This document shows positions 56,875-64,000 of a DNA stretch of 64,000 bases, in pieces; position 1 is the stretch's first letter; each line of letters begins with the position of its first letter. This DNA comes from a virus (lineage: Duplodnaviria > Caudoviricetes). The stretch covers positions 10,408-74,407 of IMG/VR virus record IMGVR_UViG_3300013936_000002; one strand, written 5' to 3'. The notes below the pieces were generated by a model that did no database searches, was not told where the DNA came from, and saw only the letters and a list, made by a program, of their open reading frames with translations. Both the position numbers and the translations under genes were made by a program.

Positions 56875-57594
56875 ATGGAAATTAAAGTTTTACAAGAAAG
56901 AATTAATAAGAAAGAAGCACAAGTTCAAAAACTTGAAAATAAAATTGCTAAATGGGAAGCAAATAAAACTTCTGAAAAAGCGTTTTTAAAAGAACTTGGT
57001 GATTGGCTTGAAGCTTATCCTGATAGAGAAGAAAAGTGGAGACAAGAATGGCTTGGAAAATGCAATAATGAAATTAGATGGGCTAGTAGAGATTTGGAAG
57101 AAGTAAAAACAACATTAGAAAAATATTACAATATGTTAGAAGTTGAAAAACAAAAAGAAAATTCAATAAATGAATTACCTGAATTATTTAATGATTTACA
57201 AAAATTATTAATTGAAAAATGGGATGAGTTTGACATCAATTATAGAGATAGATTAATAAGCGAATATAAAACATTAGGTCATACTGAATTTTATAAAAAT
57301 CATTCTTATGCTTGTTATGATAAAATGTATGAAAGTGATGGACAAATCCACGAAAATAATGTTAAAGCATCAAAAGAAGTTATACTTGATTTAATTAATA
57401 GAGTTTCATTTATTACAGGTGAAATTAAAGATTATAGTCAACTTAGATTAAATAGAGATAACAATGGTTGGTTAATCTTAAATGGTAATGTAATTGGAAA
57501 TAAAGGAACTGCTAAAGTTGAAAGTATCTATGCTGGTGGTTATAATATTCAAAGATTACATATCAGAGTATTAGTCAACAAGGTTAACGCTTAA
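56875..57594 (+). CDS. Hypothetical protein (coiled-coil N-terminus)
   Basis: AAGGAG RBS; C-terminal A.VESIYAGGYNIQRLHIR. Confidence 0.65.
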   Translation: MEIKVLQERINKKEAQVQKLENKIAKWEANKTSEKAFLKELGDWLEAYPDREEKWRQEWLGKCNNEIRWASRDLEEVKTTLEKYYNMLEVEKQKENSINELPELFNDLQKLLIEKWDEFDINYRDRLISEYKTLGHTEFYKNHSYACYDKMYESDGQIHENNVKASKEVILDLINRVSFITGEIKDYSQLRLNRDNNGWLILNGNVIGNKGTAKVESIYAGGYNIQRLHIRVLVNKVNA

Positions 57595-57623
57595 CCTTAA
57601 AAAGCGTTCTTATTAAGGAGAAA

Positions 57624-57884
57624 ATGAAGATGGAAAATAATATTTTAACAAAAGAAGAAAAAGAATATTTAAGTTTTGTTATTAAACCTTTTAGAAATAG
57701 AATTAAATTTATAAAAAAGACAGATTTAATCGTAAAAAATAAAAATTATAATTATATTCAAATTGGTTTAAAAGTAAATGGTTGTACAACCGAATATATG
57801 GAATTTCCAACATTTGAAGAAAATACAATGTATAAAAACATGAAACTTTATAAAAAGTATACTTTAGATGAATTATACTTATAA
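57624..57884 (+). CDS. B-domain hypothetical protein
   Basis: EKEYL..VIKPFR ... MY..M....YTL.EL, paralog of the 47563 C-terminus. Confidence 0.6.
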   Translation: MKMENNILTKEEKEYLSFVIKPFRNRIKFIKKTDLIVKNKNYNYIQIGLKVNGCTTEYMEFPTFEENTMYKNMKLYKKYTLDELYL

Positions 57885-57901
57885 AAAAAATAAAGGAGAA
57901 A

Positions 57902-58153
57902 ATGAAAATGAAAATGAAATTGAAATATAGTTATATAATTATGCAAGGAGTCAAGACAGCTTCTGGTTGTGGTGATTGTAATATCATGGCTTATACTAGC
58001 ACTTTAAAAGAAGCAAGAAAATCATTTAACAAATTAAAAAAAGATACTAAAGGATGGATCAAGAATGGAAATAATAGTTATTTAGAAACAGAGATTGTAA
58101 ATATTAATGATGGTTGTTTTAATCTTATTGATTGCTTTAAAATTAATTTATAA
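57902..58153 (+). CDS. Small hypothetical protein (tandem paralog 1)
   Basis: YII.QG...G.GD ... A.K.FNK.K.D..GW shared with next gene. Confidence 0.6.
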   Translation: MKMKMKLKYSYIIMQGVKTASGCGDCNIMAYTSTLKEARKSFNKLKKDTKGWIKNGNNSYLETEIVNINDGCFNLIDCFKINL

Positions 58154-58164
58154 GGAGAAATAAA

Positions 58165-58407
58165 ATGAAAAAATATGAATATATAATTTTTCAAGGGTTT
58201 GTAAGTCCAATGGGTAATGGTGATATTTATCCTATACATACGGAAACAACATTTTCTAATGCTAAAAAGACTTTTAATAAAATAAAAAATGATTTTACTG
58301 GTTGGACTAATAAATCTAAAAATGGTTGTTTGATTACTTATATTGAAAGAGTTGCTGAAGAAGGCAATAATAAAATTATTGATTACCATGAAAAATATTT
58401 TAAATAA
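58165..58407 (+). CDS. Small hypothetical protein (tandem paralog 2)
   Basis: As above. Confidence 0.6.
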   Translation: MKKYEYIIFQGFVSPMGNGDIYPIHTETTFSNAKKTFNKIKNDFTGWTNKSKNGCLITYIERVAEEGNNKIIDYHEKYFK

Positions 58408-58475
58408 TTTTTATAACAATCTTATAAAACTATGTTATTATTATAAGTAGTAAAAAAGATTAAATATTTTCTAAA

Positions 58476-58509
58476 AACTATTTACATTTAACTTATAACA
58501 TGGTATATT
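58476..58509 (+). promoter_or_regulatory. Conserved phage promoter
   Basis: aacta-tttaca-17-tatatt. Confidence 0.7.
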
Positions 58510-58537
58510 AATATCATAAGAAAGGAAATGATTAAAT

Positions 58538-58789
58538 ATGTTAAAAGAATTAACTGAAAATGAAAAAGTTATAAAATTTCAAAAGCAAGAAGGAGATGTA
58601 TATGACATATATATTGGTGTAGCAAATGGAATAAGTGGTTTTATTCGTACAAATGAAAATTATGTAATGATTTGGTATGATTGGTATATAGAACATAAAG
58701 ATACTTATTCATTACAACAAATTAAAGATTTAATTTCAAAACATTTCAAAGTAGATGTTATTGAAGTTGAAGATGAAGAAGATGCTTAA
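58538..58789 (+). CDS. Hypothetical protein
   Basis: First ORF after the promoter, GAAAGG RBS. Confidence 0.55.
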   Translation: MLKELTENEKVIKFQKQEGDVYDIYIGVANGISGFIRTNENYVMIWYDWYIEHKDTYSLQQIKDLISKHFKVDVIEVEDEEDA

Positions 58790-58831
58790 TTAAAATATTA
58801 AATTATTATAAAGGAGGAAAATATTAAGATT

Positions 58832-59512
58832 ATGGCAACAAAAGAAGAAAAAAGATTAGCTTTAGCTGAACATTTAGGAATTGATGAAAGTGAATTGAAT
58901 GATGTTGATTATGATGAAAACACATTTGAATATGATGGTATGGAATATTTAGTATTAGATGATAAAGAAGCAGATGATGCAACTTTTACTGATATTGAAA
59001 ACATGATTGATGATATGGGTCTTAAAGCATTTAGTAAAGATATGCAAGATTGGATTTTAGAAAATGCAATTGATTATGACTTTGAAGAAGCATATCGTGA
59101 AATGGAAGAAACTTATGTAGAAGACATTGAAAGCGAAGGATCAAGAGAATTTGACAATCGTTTAATTGAAGAAATGTATGATGCTAATATTTTAACTGAT
59201 GATGACTTTGAAGAAGATGAAGATGGTGAAATCGACCATCAAAGATTAAAAGATGATGTAGATTTATATGATAAAAAAGAAGAATATGTTGATTATTTAT
59301 TAGATGACATTTCAGATTTTAGAGAAGAATTTATTGAAGAATTTGGTATTAATGAAGTATTAAGATTAGTTAAAGAAGGTTATGCTAGTTTAGATACATC
59401 AGCTATTGTTGATGAAGTTATTAGATGGTATGGTCGTGAACCAAGTCTTGCTAGTTATGATGGTGAAGAAAGAGAATTAGATAATGGTTTATTTGCATAT
59501 AGAGTTGGTTAA
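58832..59512 (+). CDS. Highly acidic protein (candidate DNA mimic)
   Basis: 76 of 226 residues D/E by manual count; AAGGAGG RBS. Confidence 0.65.
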   Translation: MATKEEKRLALAEHLGIDESELNDVDYDENTFEYDGMEYLVLDDKEADDATFTDIENMIDDMGLKAFSKDMQDWILENAIDYDFEEAYREMEETYVEDIESEGSREFDNRLIEEMYDANILTDDDFEEDEDGEIDHQRLKDDVDLYDKKEEYVDYLLDDISDFREEFIEEFGINEVLRLVKEGYASLDTSAIVDEVIRWYGREPSLASYDGEERELDNGLFAYRVG

Positions 59513-59544
59513 ACTCTATATGCTTATTTTTAAAGGAAAAAATA

Positions 59545-59859
59545 ATGGATAGAAAAACAAATAAAATATTAAAAAAATTTTTTAATTTAAAAGCAAAACA
59601 AATGTTGTGTAAATTATATTTAAGTAGCAAATTGTTTAAGGCTTGTAAAAATAAATCTAAAGTTGAGAAAACCTATGAAAAAATTGATATGAAATTATAT
59701 ATTTTTATTAAAGCTCATATTAACACACTTTCTCAATTTGATTTAGAAAAAGAAGCTGAAAATTATCAAATGACTATTAAAGACCAAATGCGATTTTCAA
59801 AAAGATATTTTGGTGAAAAATATGATATTAACAATTTGTTGGAGGCAATTGAAATATGA
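59545..59859 (+). CDS. Hypothetical basic protein
   Basis: ATGA overlap with metK. Confidence 0.5.
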   Translation: MDRKTNKILKKFFNLKAKQMLCKLYLSSKLFKACKNKSKVEKTYEKIDMKLYIFIKAHINTLSQFDLEKEAENYQMTIKDQMRFSKRYFGEKYDINNLLEAIEI

Positions 59860-60980
59860 TTTATGAAATTGGAAAAATAAAAAAATATAAAAATTATTCT
59901 TATACATTTACAAATGAAATAGTATTTAGAGGTCATCCTGATAAAGTATGCGACCAAATAGCAGCAGCTATTGTTGATGAATATTATAAATATGATAAAA
60001 ATGTAAGAGCAGGAATTGAAGTAGTTGGTGGTAAAAATAAACTATTCATTACTGGTGAATTAACATCAAGTGTTGAATTAGATATTGAAAAAATTGCTAA
60101 AAGAGTTTTAAGAGATTGTGGTTATAATTCTAATTTAGAGATTATAATTAATATTTCTAAACAATCTTCTAATATTAATCAAGGAGTAGATAAAGGAGAG
60201 ACATTAGGTGCTGGCGATCAAGGAATAATGTTTGGTTATGCTACTAATGAAACTTCGTTCTTATTACCTAAAGCAATGTTAATATTACAAGACTTTGCTA
60301 AAGCATATGATGAAATAAGAAAAGAAAATAGTAATGTATTTTATTCAGATGGTAAAGCACAAATAACTGGAGAATATGATGAAAATGATAATTTATTACA
60401 AATTACAACATTTAATGTTTCTTATCAAAATTGTGAAACAAAGCGACAAACAACTGATGCTTTATTATTAGATAAAATTATTTCCATATGTGATTATTAT
60501 AAAGTTCCATTATGCAATGTAATTATCAATAATACTGGCAAATTTAAAATTGGTGGTTTTGAGGCTGATAGTGGATTGACTGGTAGAAAGATAGTTGTTG
60601 ATACATATCAAGGATTTTGTAAAGTTGGTGGTGGTAATTTAAATGGTAAAGACTTTACAAAAGTTGATGTAACAGGAACTTATGCTGCTAGAGAATTAGC
60701 TACTTTAATTCTTAGAGTAAATCAAAAAAAATATCATATTGTTGAAACTCAATTGTCTTATATTATAGGAAATGAACTTCCATCATCAATTAGTATTAAA
60801 ATAAATGGTAAATATATTTCTTACAATCAAGCAAGCGAATTATTAGAAAAAGTTATTCAACAAAATAATTGCAAGTCGTTATATGAGCTTTATTCAGTTG
60901 ATAATATTATTAAACGATTAACTCAAAATGTTTGTCTTGAAGAAAATGCTAAATTTGGTCATATTTATGCTTATCATTAA
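59856..60980 (+). CDS. metK: S-adenosylmethionine synthetase
   Basis: GHPDKVCDQI, GAGDQGIMFGYA, DGKAQIT, ADSGLTGRKIVVDTY, GGG...GKD.TKVD. Confidence 0.95.
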   Translation: MIYEIGKIKKYKNYSYTFTNEIVFRGHPDKVCDQIAAAIVDEYYKYDKNVRAGIEVVGGKNKLFITGELTSSVELDIEKIAKRVLRDCGYNSNLEIIINISKQSSNINQGVDKGETLGAGDQGIMFGYATNETSFLLPKAMLILQDFAKAYDEIRKENSNVFYSDGKAQITGEYDENDNLLQITTFNVSYQNCETKRQTTDALLLDKIISICDYYKVPLCNVIINNTGKFKIGGFEADSGLTGRKIVVDTYQGFCKVGGGNLNGKDFTKVDVTGTYAARELATLILRVNQKKYHIVETQLSYIIGNELPSSISIKINGKYISYNQASELLEKVIQQNNCKSLYELYSVDNIIKRLTQNVCLEENAKFGHIYAYH

Positions 60981-60985
60981 TTTAT

Positions 60986-61009
60986 AAAAAGTTGATATTT
61001 CAACTTTTT
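60986..61009 (+). terminator. Intrinsic terminator
   Basis: aaaaagttga-tatt-tcaacttttt. Confidence 0.75.
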
Positions 61010-61029
61010 ATTTTATCAAAAATAAAATG

Positions 61030-61063
61030 AACTATTTACATTTAAGTTTAATCATGATATTAT
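61030..61063 (+). promoter_or_regulatory. Conserved phage promoter
   Basis: aacta-tttaca-17-tattat. Confidence 0.65.
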
Positions 61064-61094
61064 TTTTATATAAAAATAAAGGAGAAAAAATAAC

Positions 61095-61205
61095 ATGGCA
61101 TTTAAGATAGTATTTATAAGTGGATTAATACTAACAAGCATTGTTTGGTTAATCACATTAGTTTATGTTTTAACTTGGGGTAAAATAAAATGGAAGAAAA
61201 GATAA
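61095..61205 (+). CDS. 36-aa single-pass membrane peptide, absent from the ORF track
   Basis: MAFKIVFISGLILTSIVWLITLVYVLTWGKIKWKKR; AAGGAG RBS. Confidence 0.55.
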   Translation: MAFKIVFISGLILTSIVWLITLVYVLTWGKIKWKKR

Positions 61206-61513
61206 AACGAGTAATTTATACAATTTATTTTGACCATATTCATGTAGAAGAATCTTATAAAATAAAAAAAGAAAAAGAAATGAGATATGTTTTAAGTAAG
61301 ATTATGATAAGTGAAAACTATAAGAAATATGGTTATAGTAGATCAATGAAAAGTTATTTAGCCGAATGGAAATTTCACAACTTTTGTTATAATTTAGGTT
61401 TTGCAAAAGACCATACAGCTGAAGTTGATTTTAATAAAGAGTTTGGAAATACTTTACAAGAAAAATTAGAAAGAATTATTTATGCAATAATTAGTATATT
61501 TATAAGAAAATAA
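61190..61513 (+). CDS. Hypothetical protein
   Basis: EWKFHNFCY.LG...T..VDF motif. Confidence 0.55.
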   Translation: MEEKIKRVIYTIYFDHIHVEESYKIKKEKEMRYVLSKIMISENYKKYGYSRSMKSYLAEWKFHNFCYNLGFAKDHTAEVDFNKEFGNTLQEKLERIIYAIISIFIRK

Positions 61514-61524
61514 GGAGAGATAAA

Positions 61525-62535
61525 ATGAAATTAGATACTAAGTTGATAAAGGAAACAAAAGAGCTTAAAAACAATGTTTTTGTTGGCAGCCAATTAATAA
61601 GTTTTGATGATGATGAAACAGTTGCTATTGTAACAATTTTAAATGAAGAAATGGAAGAATTAGGTGATAGAAGTTTTGGTATTGATTTAAATACATTTAG
61701 ACTTTTAAAATCTTTAGATGAATGTGATATTGAATATGATGATTTTTCAAATCAATTAATCATTAAAATTGGTAAAAATAAAAAATATAAAACTAAAACA
61801 ATTAAACAATCTATTCCAGCTTTAATTGAAAGCGAGTTTACAGGAAATATTGTTATTGATGGTTATAAATTACAAACTGCAAAATCATTTACAGCAACAA
61901 CTGAAAGTAGACCTATTTTAACAGGTGTAGCTATTACTAATAATAAAAACATTTTTGCAAGCGATAGTTATAAAGCATATAGATATTTAGCAAGTGATGA
62001 AGAACCAATAACTACAATTGTTGTTCCATCATTATATTTAAGTTTAATTAATTGTAACAAAGATGTTGAAATAAGCTATAGCGATAAAGTGATTTGTGTT
62101 ATTGAAGAAAATAGATTTACTTATGGTAGATTATTATCAGGAGAATATCCATTAAAACCAATTAATAGTTTCTTTGATAATAATGTTTTAATTGATATAA
62201 ACAAATTAGATTTCCAATATGATGATATTTTAGAAAATATTAATTTATCAAAAAATGTTGGTGATGATAATGGAAAAATTAAACCAAGATTATTATTAGA
62301 AGGAACTTATTTTAAAGTCGAAAGTGCAAGTATTTATGAAGCAAACATTAAAGTAAGTTGGAATGAAGAAAGAAAAGGTTATCATTTATTATTTGATTTA
62401 ACATTAGCTAAAGAGTTATTCCAATTTGCAAAAAAATTAAATGGTAATATTTATATTAAAGAAATGGGAAGTGCATCTCAATTACTTATTGTAAATCAAC
62501 AAGAATCAATGCTTTATTGTTCATTAAGGGGTTAA
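61525..62535 (+). CDS. dnaN: DNA polymerase sliding clamp (beta clamp-like)
   Basis: ESRPILTGV, ASDSYK, RLLSGEYP correspond to DnaN conserved motifs; 336 aa. Confidence 0.8.
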   Translation: MKLDTKLIKETKELKNNVFVGSQLISFDDDETVAIVTILNEEMEELGDRSFGIDLNTFRLLKSLDECDIEYDDFSNQLIIKIGKNKKYKTKTIKQSIPALIESEFTGNIVIDGYKLQTAKSFTATTESRPILTGVAITNNKNIFASDSYKAYRYLASDEEPITTIVVPSLYLSLINCNKDVEISYSDKVICVIEENRFTYGRLLSGEYPLKPINSFFDNNVLIDINKLDFQYDDILENINLSKNVGDDNGKIKPRLLLEGTYFKVESASIYEANIKVSWNEERKGYHLLFDLTLAKELFQFAKKLNGNIYIKEMGSASQLLIVNQQESMLYCSLRG

Positions 62536-62536
62536 T

Positions 62537-63205
62537 ATGGATTATATAAAAGAATTAGAAAAAAAATTATCTAAAGAAGATATTGAAATAGCAAAATCTG
62601 AAAATTGTTTAGAACAATGTAATCAATTACAAAAAGATATTGAAAATGAAATTTTTAATAATCCAAAAAGTGAAATTTATCAGGATCAAGCTACTTATGA
62701 TAATTTTATAAATTATATTAATAATATAAAATTATTAAATACTAAATATCATGAAAAAGAAAAAACAACAGATTCAATATTAGATAATCTTGTTGCAAAA
62801 AAGAATGTAGATAAACCTAAAAAACAACCTAAAGTAAATATACAAAAGTTTTCTGAAACACAACAAAAATATTTAGATGTTTTTGATAAAATGATAAAAG
62901 GCTTTTATAACGAAGTTTATAATCGCTATGAAAAAGAAATTAATAATTTTAATAAAGATTTAAACGCTTATAAAGAAAAACATAAAAATGATTTATTTAG
63001 AACTTATGAAAGCAGAACTGAATTAGATAATATTTATGCAAATTATTCAAAAGATGTTTCAGATGGTTTAACACTTGAAAAAGTAAAATCATCTTTAGAA
63101 AATTATGAAAAGACTAAAAGAGAAGAATTATTAAAAATTATTAATGCTGATGAAAAAACAATTAAAGATTTTTTTAAGAAAATATATTCTTCATTTAAAT
63201 TATAA
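62537..63205 (+). CDS. Hypothetical helical protein
   Basis: Operon position. Confidence 0.55.
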   Translation: MDYIKELEKKLSKEDIEIAKSENCLEQCNQLQKDIENEIFNNPKSEIYQDQATYDNFINYINNIKLLNTKYHEKEKTTDSILDNLVAKKNVDKPKKQPKVNIQKFSETQQKYLDVFDKMIKGFYNEVYNRYEKEINNFNKDLNAYKEKHKNDLFRTYESRTELDNIYANYSKDVSDGLTLEKVKSSLENYEKTKREELLKIINADEKTIKDFFKKIYSSFKL

Positions 63206-63238
63206 ATGTTATAATTAAAGAAAGGAGATTATTAATCT

Positions 63239-63613
63239 ATGAATAAATATTTAGTAAAAAATAGATATGATTATTCTTGTTGCTTTATTACTCAAGCTAA
63301 TAATGTTGAAGATGTCATATCACAATTAAAATCAATAAATAATAAGATTAATATTAATGAATGGATTATAACACCTTTTAATTATGATGATGAAATAAAA
63401 AAATATTTAGTTTATTTTCAATTAGTTCCAAGATTTAAAATTCCAATTTTCTTAGATAATATATTAACAATCTATGAAAATGTAAATGCTACTTCTGAAA
63501 AAGAAGCTATAACAAAAATTATAGAAAAATATCAGCTTGATTATCAAATAAAAAAAATTATATTTTGTAAACAAATTCCACATCTATGGGAATTAGATAA
63601 ACCTAATATTTAA
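63239..63613 (+). CDS. Hypothetical protein with two internal repeats
   Basis: KYLV...A.[NS]..[DE][VA]I twice. Confidence 0.55.
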   Translation: MNKYLVKNRYDYSCCFITQANNVEDVISQLKSINNKININEWIITPFNYDDEIKKYLVYFQLVPRFKIPIFLDNILTIYENVNATSEKEAITKIIEKYQLDYQIKKIIFCKQIPHLWELDKPNI

Positions 63614-63619
63614 AAAATT

Positions 63620-63667
63620 AAAAAGTTAAATGATTTTATTTACATTTAACTTTTTTTATTATATAAT
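63620..63667 (+). promoter_or_regulatory. Fused terminator hairpin / promoter (copy 2)
   Basis: 41 bp identical to 51304-51344; tttaca-17-tataat. Confidence 0.7.
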
Positions 63668-63699
63668 TATTTTAAAGGAGAGATAAACTTATTTGATAT

Positions 63700-63882
63700 A
63701 TGAATGAAAAAGAGAAAACAAATTTATTAAATGAATTAATATCTAATATGATAGATATTGGAGCTTTAATTGAAACTGAAAATGTTGAAAGATATAATCA
63801 TTTAAGTTTTGGTGAAAATTTAACTCAAAACCAATTTAAATTATTAAAATTAAAAATTGAAAGATTTTTAACTGAAGAATAG
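63700..63882 (+). CDS. Small hypothetical protein
   Basis: First ORF after the promoter. Confidence 0.5.
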   Translation: MNEKEKTNLLNELISNMIDIGALIETENVERYNHLSFGENLTQNQFKLLKLKIERFLTEE

Positions 63883-63892
63883 GAGAGATAAC

Positions 63893-64000
63893 ATGAAATT
63901 AAACAAAATATATTTAGGAGATGCTTACGAATTAATCAAACAAATTCCTGATAAAAGTATTGACTTAATTGTTACTGACCCACCTTATGAGTTTGTACCT
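63893..64000 (+). CDS. N4/N6 DNA methyltransferase, 3' truncated by the window edge
   Basis: MKLNKIYLGDAYELIKQIPDKSIDLIVTDPPY; AGGAGAG RBS. Confidence 0.85.
   Translation, partial: MKLNKIYLGDAYELIKQIPDKSIDLIVTDPPYEFVP

Noticed and set aside
2220-59957. About 30 short ORFs in the track lying antisense to or inside real genes (e.g. 2220, 8747, 10034, 11002, 12000, 14473, 19811, 24048, 26221, 33390, 36766, 41220, 43279, 49297, 54701, 54756, 56291, 58078, 59766)
   Set aside because: Fully overlapped by better-supported genes, without RBS or motifs; typical shadows in AT-rich DNA.
63893-64000. Terminal redundancy / circular overlap at the window end
   Set aside because: The match to 48263-48356 is only 94 bp, contains a mismatch and diverges on both sides.
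1-64000. CRISPR arrays, tRNA, tmRNA and rRNA genes
   Set aside because: No regularly spaced repeat-spacer units or cloverleaf/T-loop consensus were seen by eye. A tRNAscan/ARAGORN/CRISPR search would be needed to exclude them formally.

Overview
The whole window is one very AT-rich tailed-phage genome segment, most likely a contractile-tailed myovirus of a low-GC Firmicute/Mollicute-like host (host is inference). It is read with the standard genetic code and has three parts. (1) 1-4089, + strand: end of a family-B-like DNA polymerase, a small ORF and the large terminase. (2) 4297-37778, - strand: a structural arm of the DUF1073-portal / DUF2213-protease / DUF2184-capsid type with sheath, tube, short tape measure, baseplate, tail fibres and a glycosyltransferase, in a scrambled gene order. 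(3) 37970-64000, + strand: a replication/accessory arm with SNF2-like helicase, VRR-NUC nuclease, small serine recombinase, four DNA methyltransferase genes, SAM synthetase (MetK), a DnaN-like clamp and many small ORFs, punctuated by a repeated TTTACA-17-TAnnnT promoter. The strongest candidate for an undescribed system is a switchable methylation module. Two adjacent MTase genes are each broken by a G9 tract where G8 restores the frame, and the C5 MTase also carries a 9-nt TGAAAATGA insert exactly inside its catalytic PC/QDLS motif. The phage also encodes its own SAM supply and clamp, and the MTases carry clamp-motif-like termini. Other leads: putative head-cargo polyproteins punctuated by DSKxKD linkers (one with a ferritin-like domain), a terminase with a second degenerate nuclease domain, three structured non-coding RNA candidates, a 28-bp inverted-repeat segment and a circularly permuted ASCH protein. 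No database search or folding program was run. Family names come from motif recognition by eye. I saw no tRNA, rRNA, CRISPR array, reverse transcriptase, integrase or endolysin in this window.
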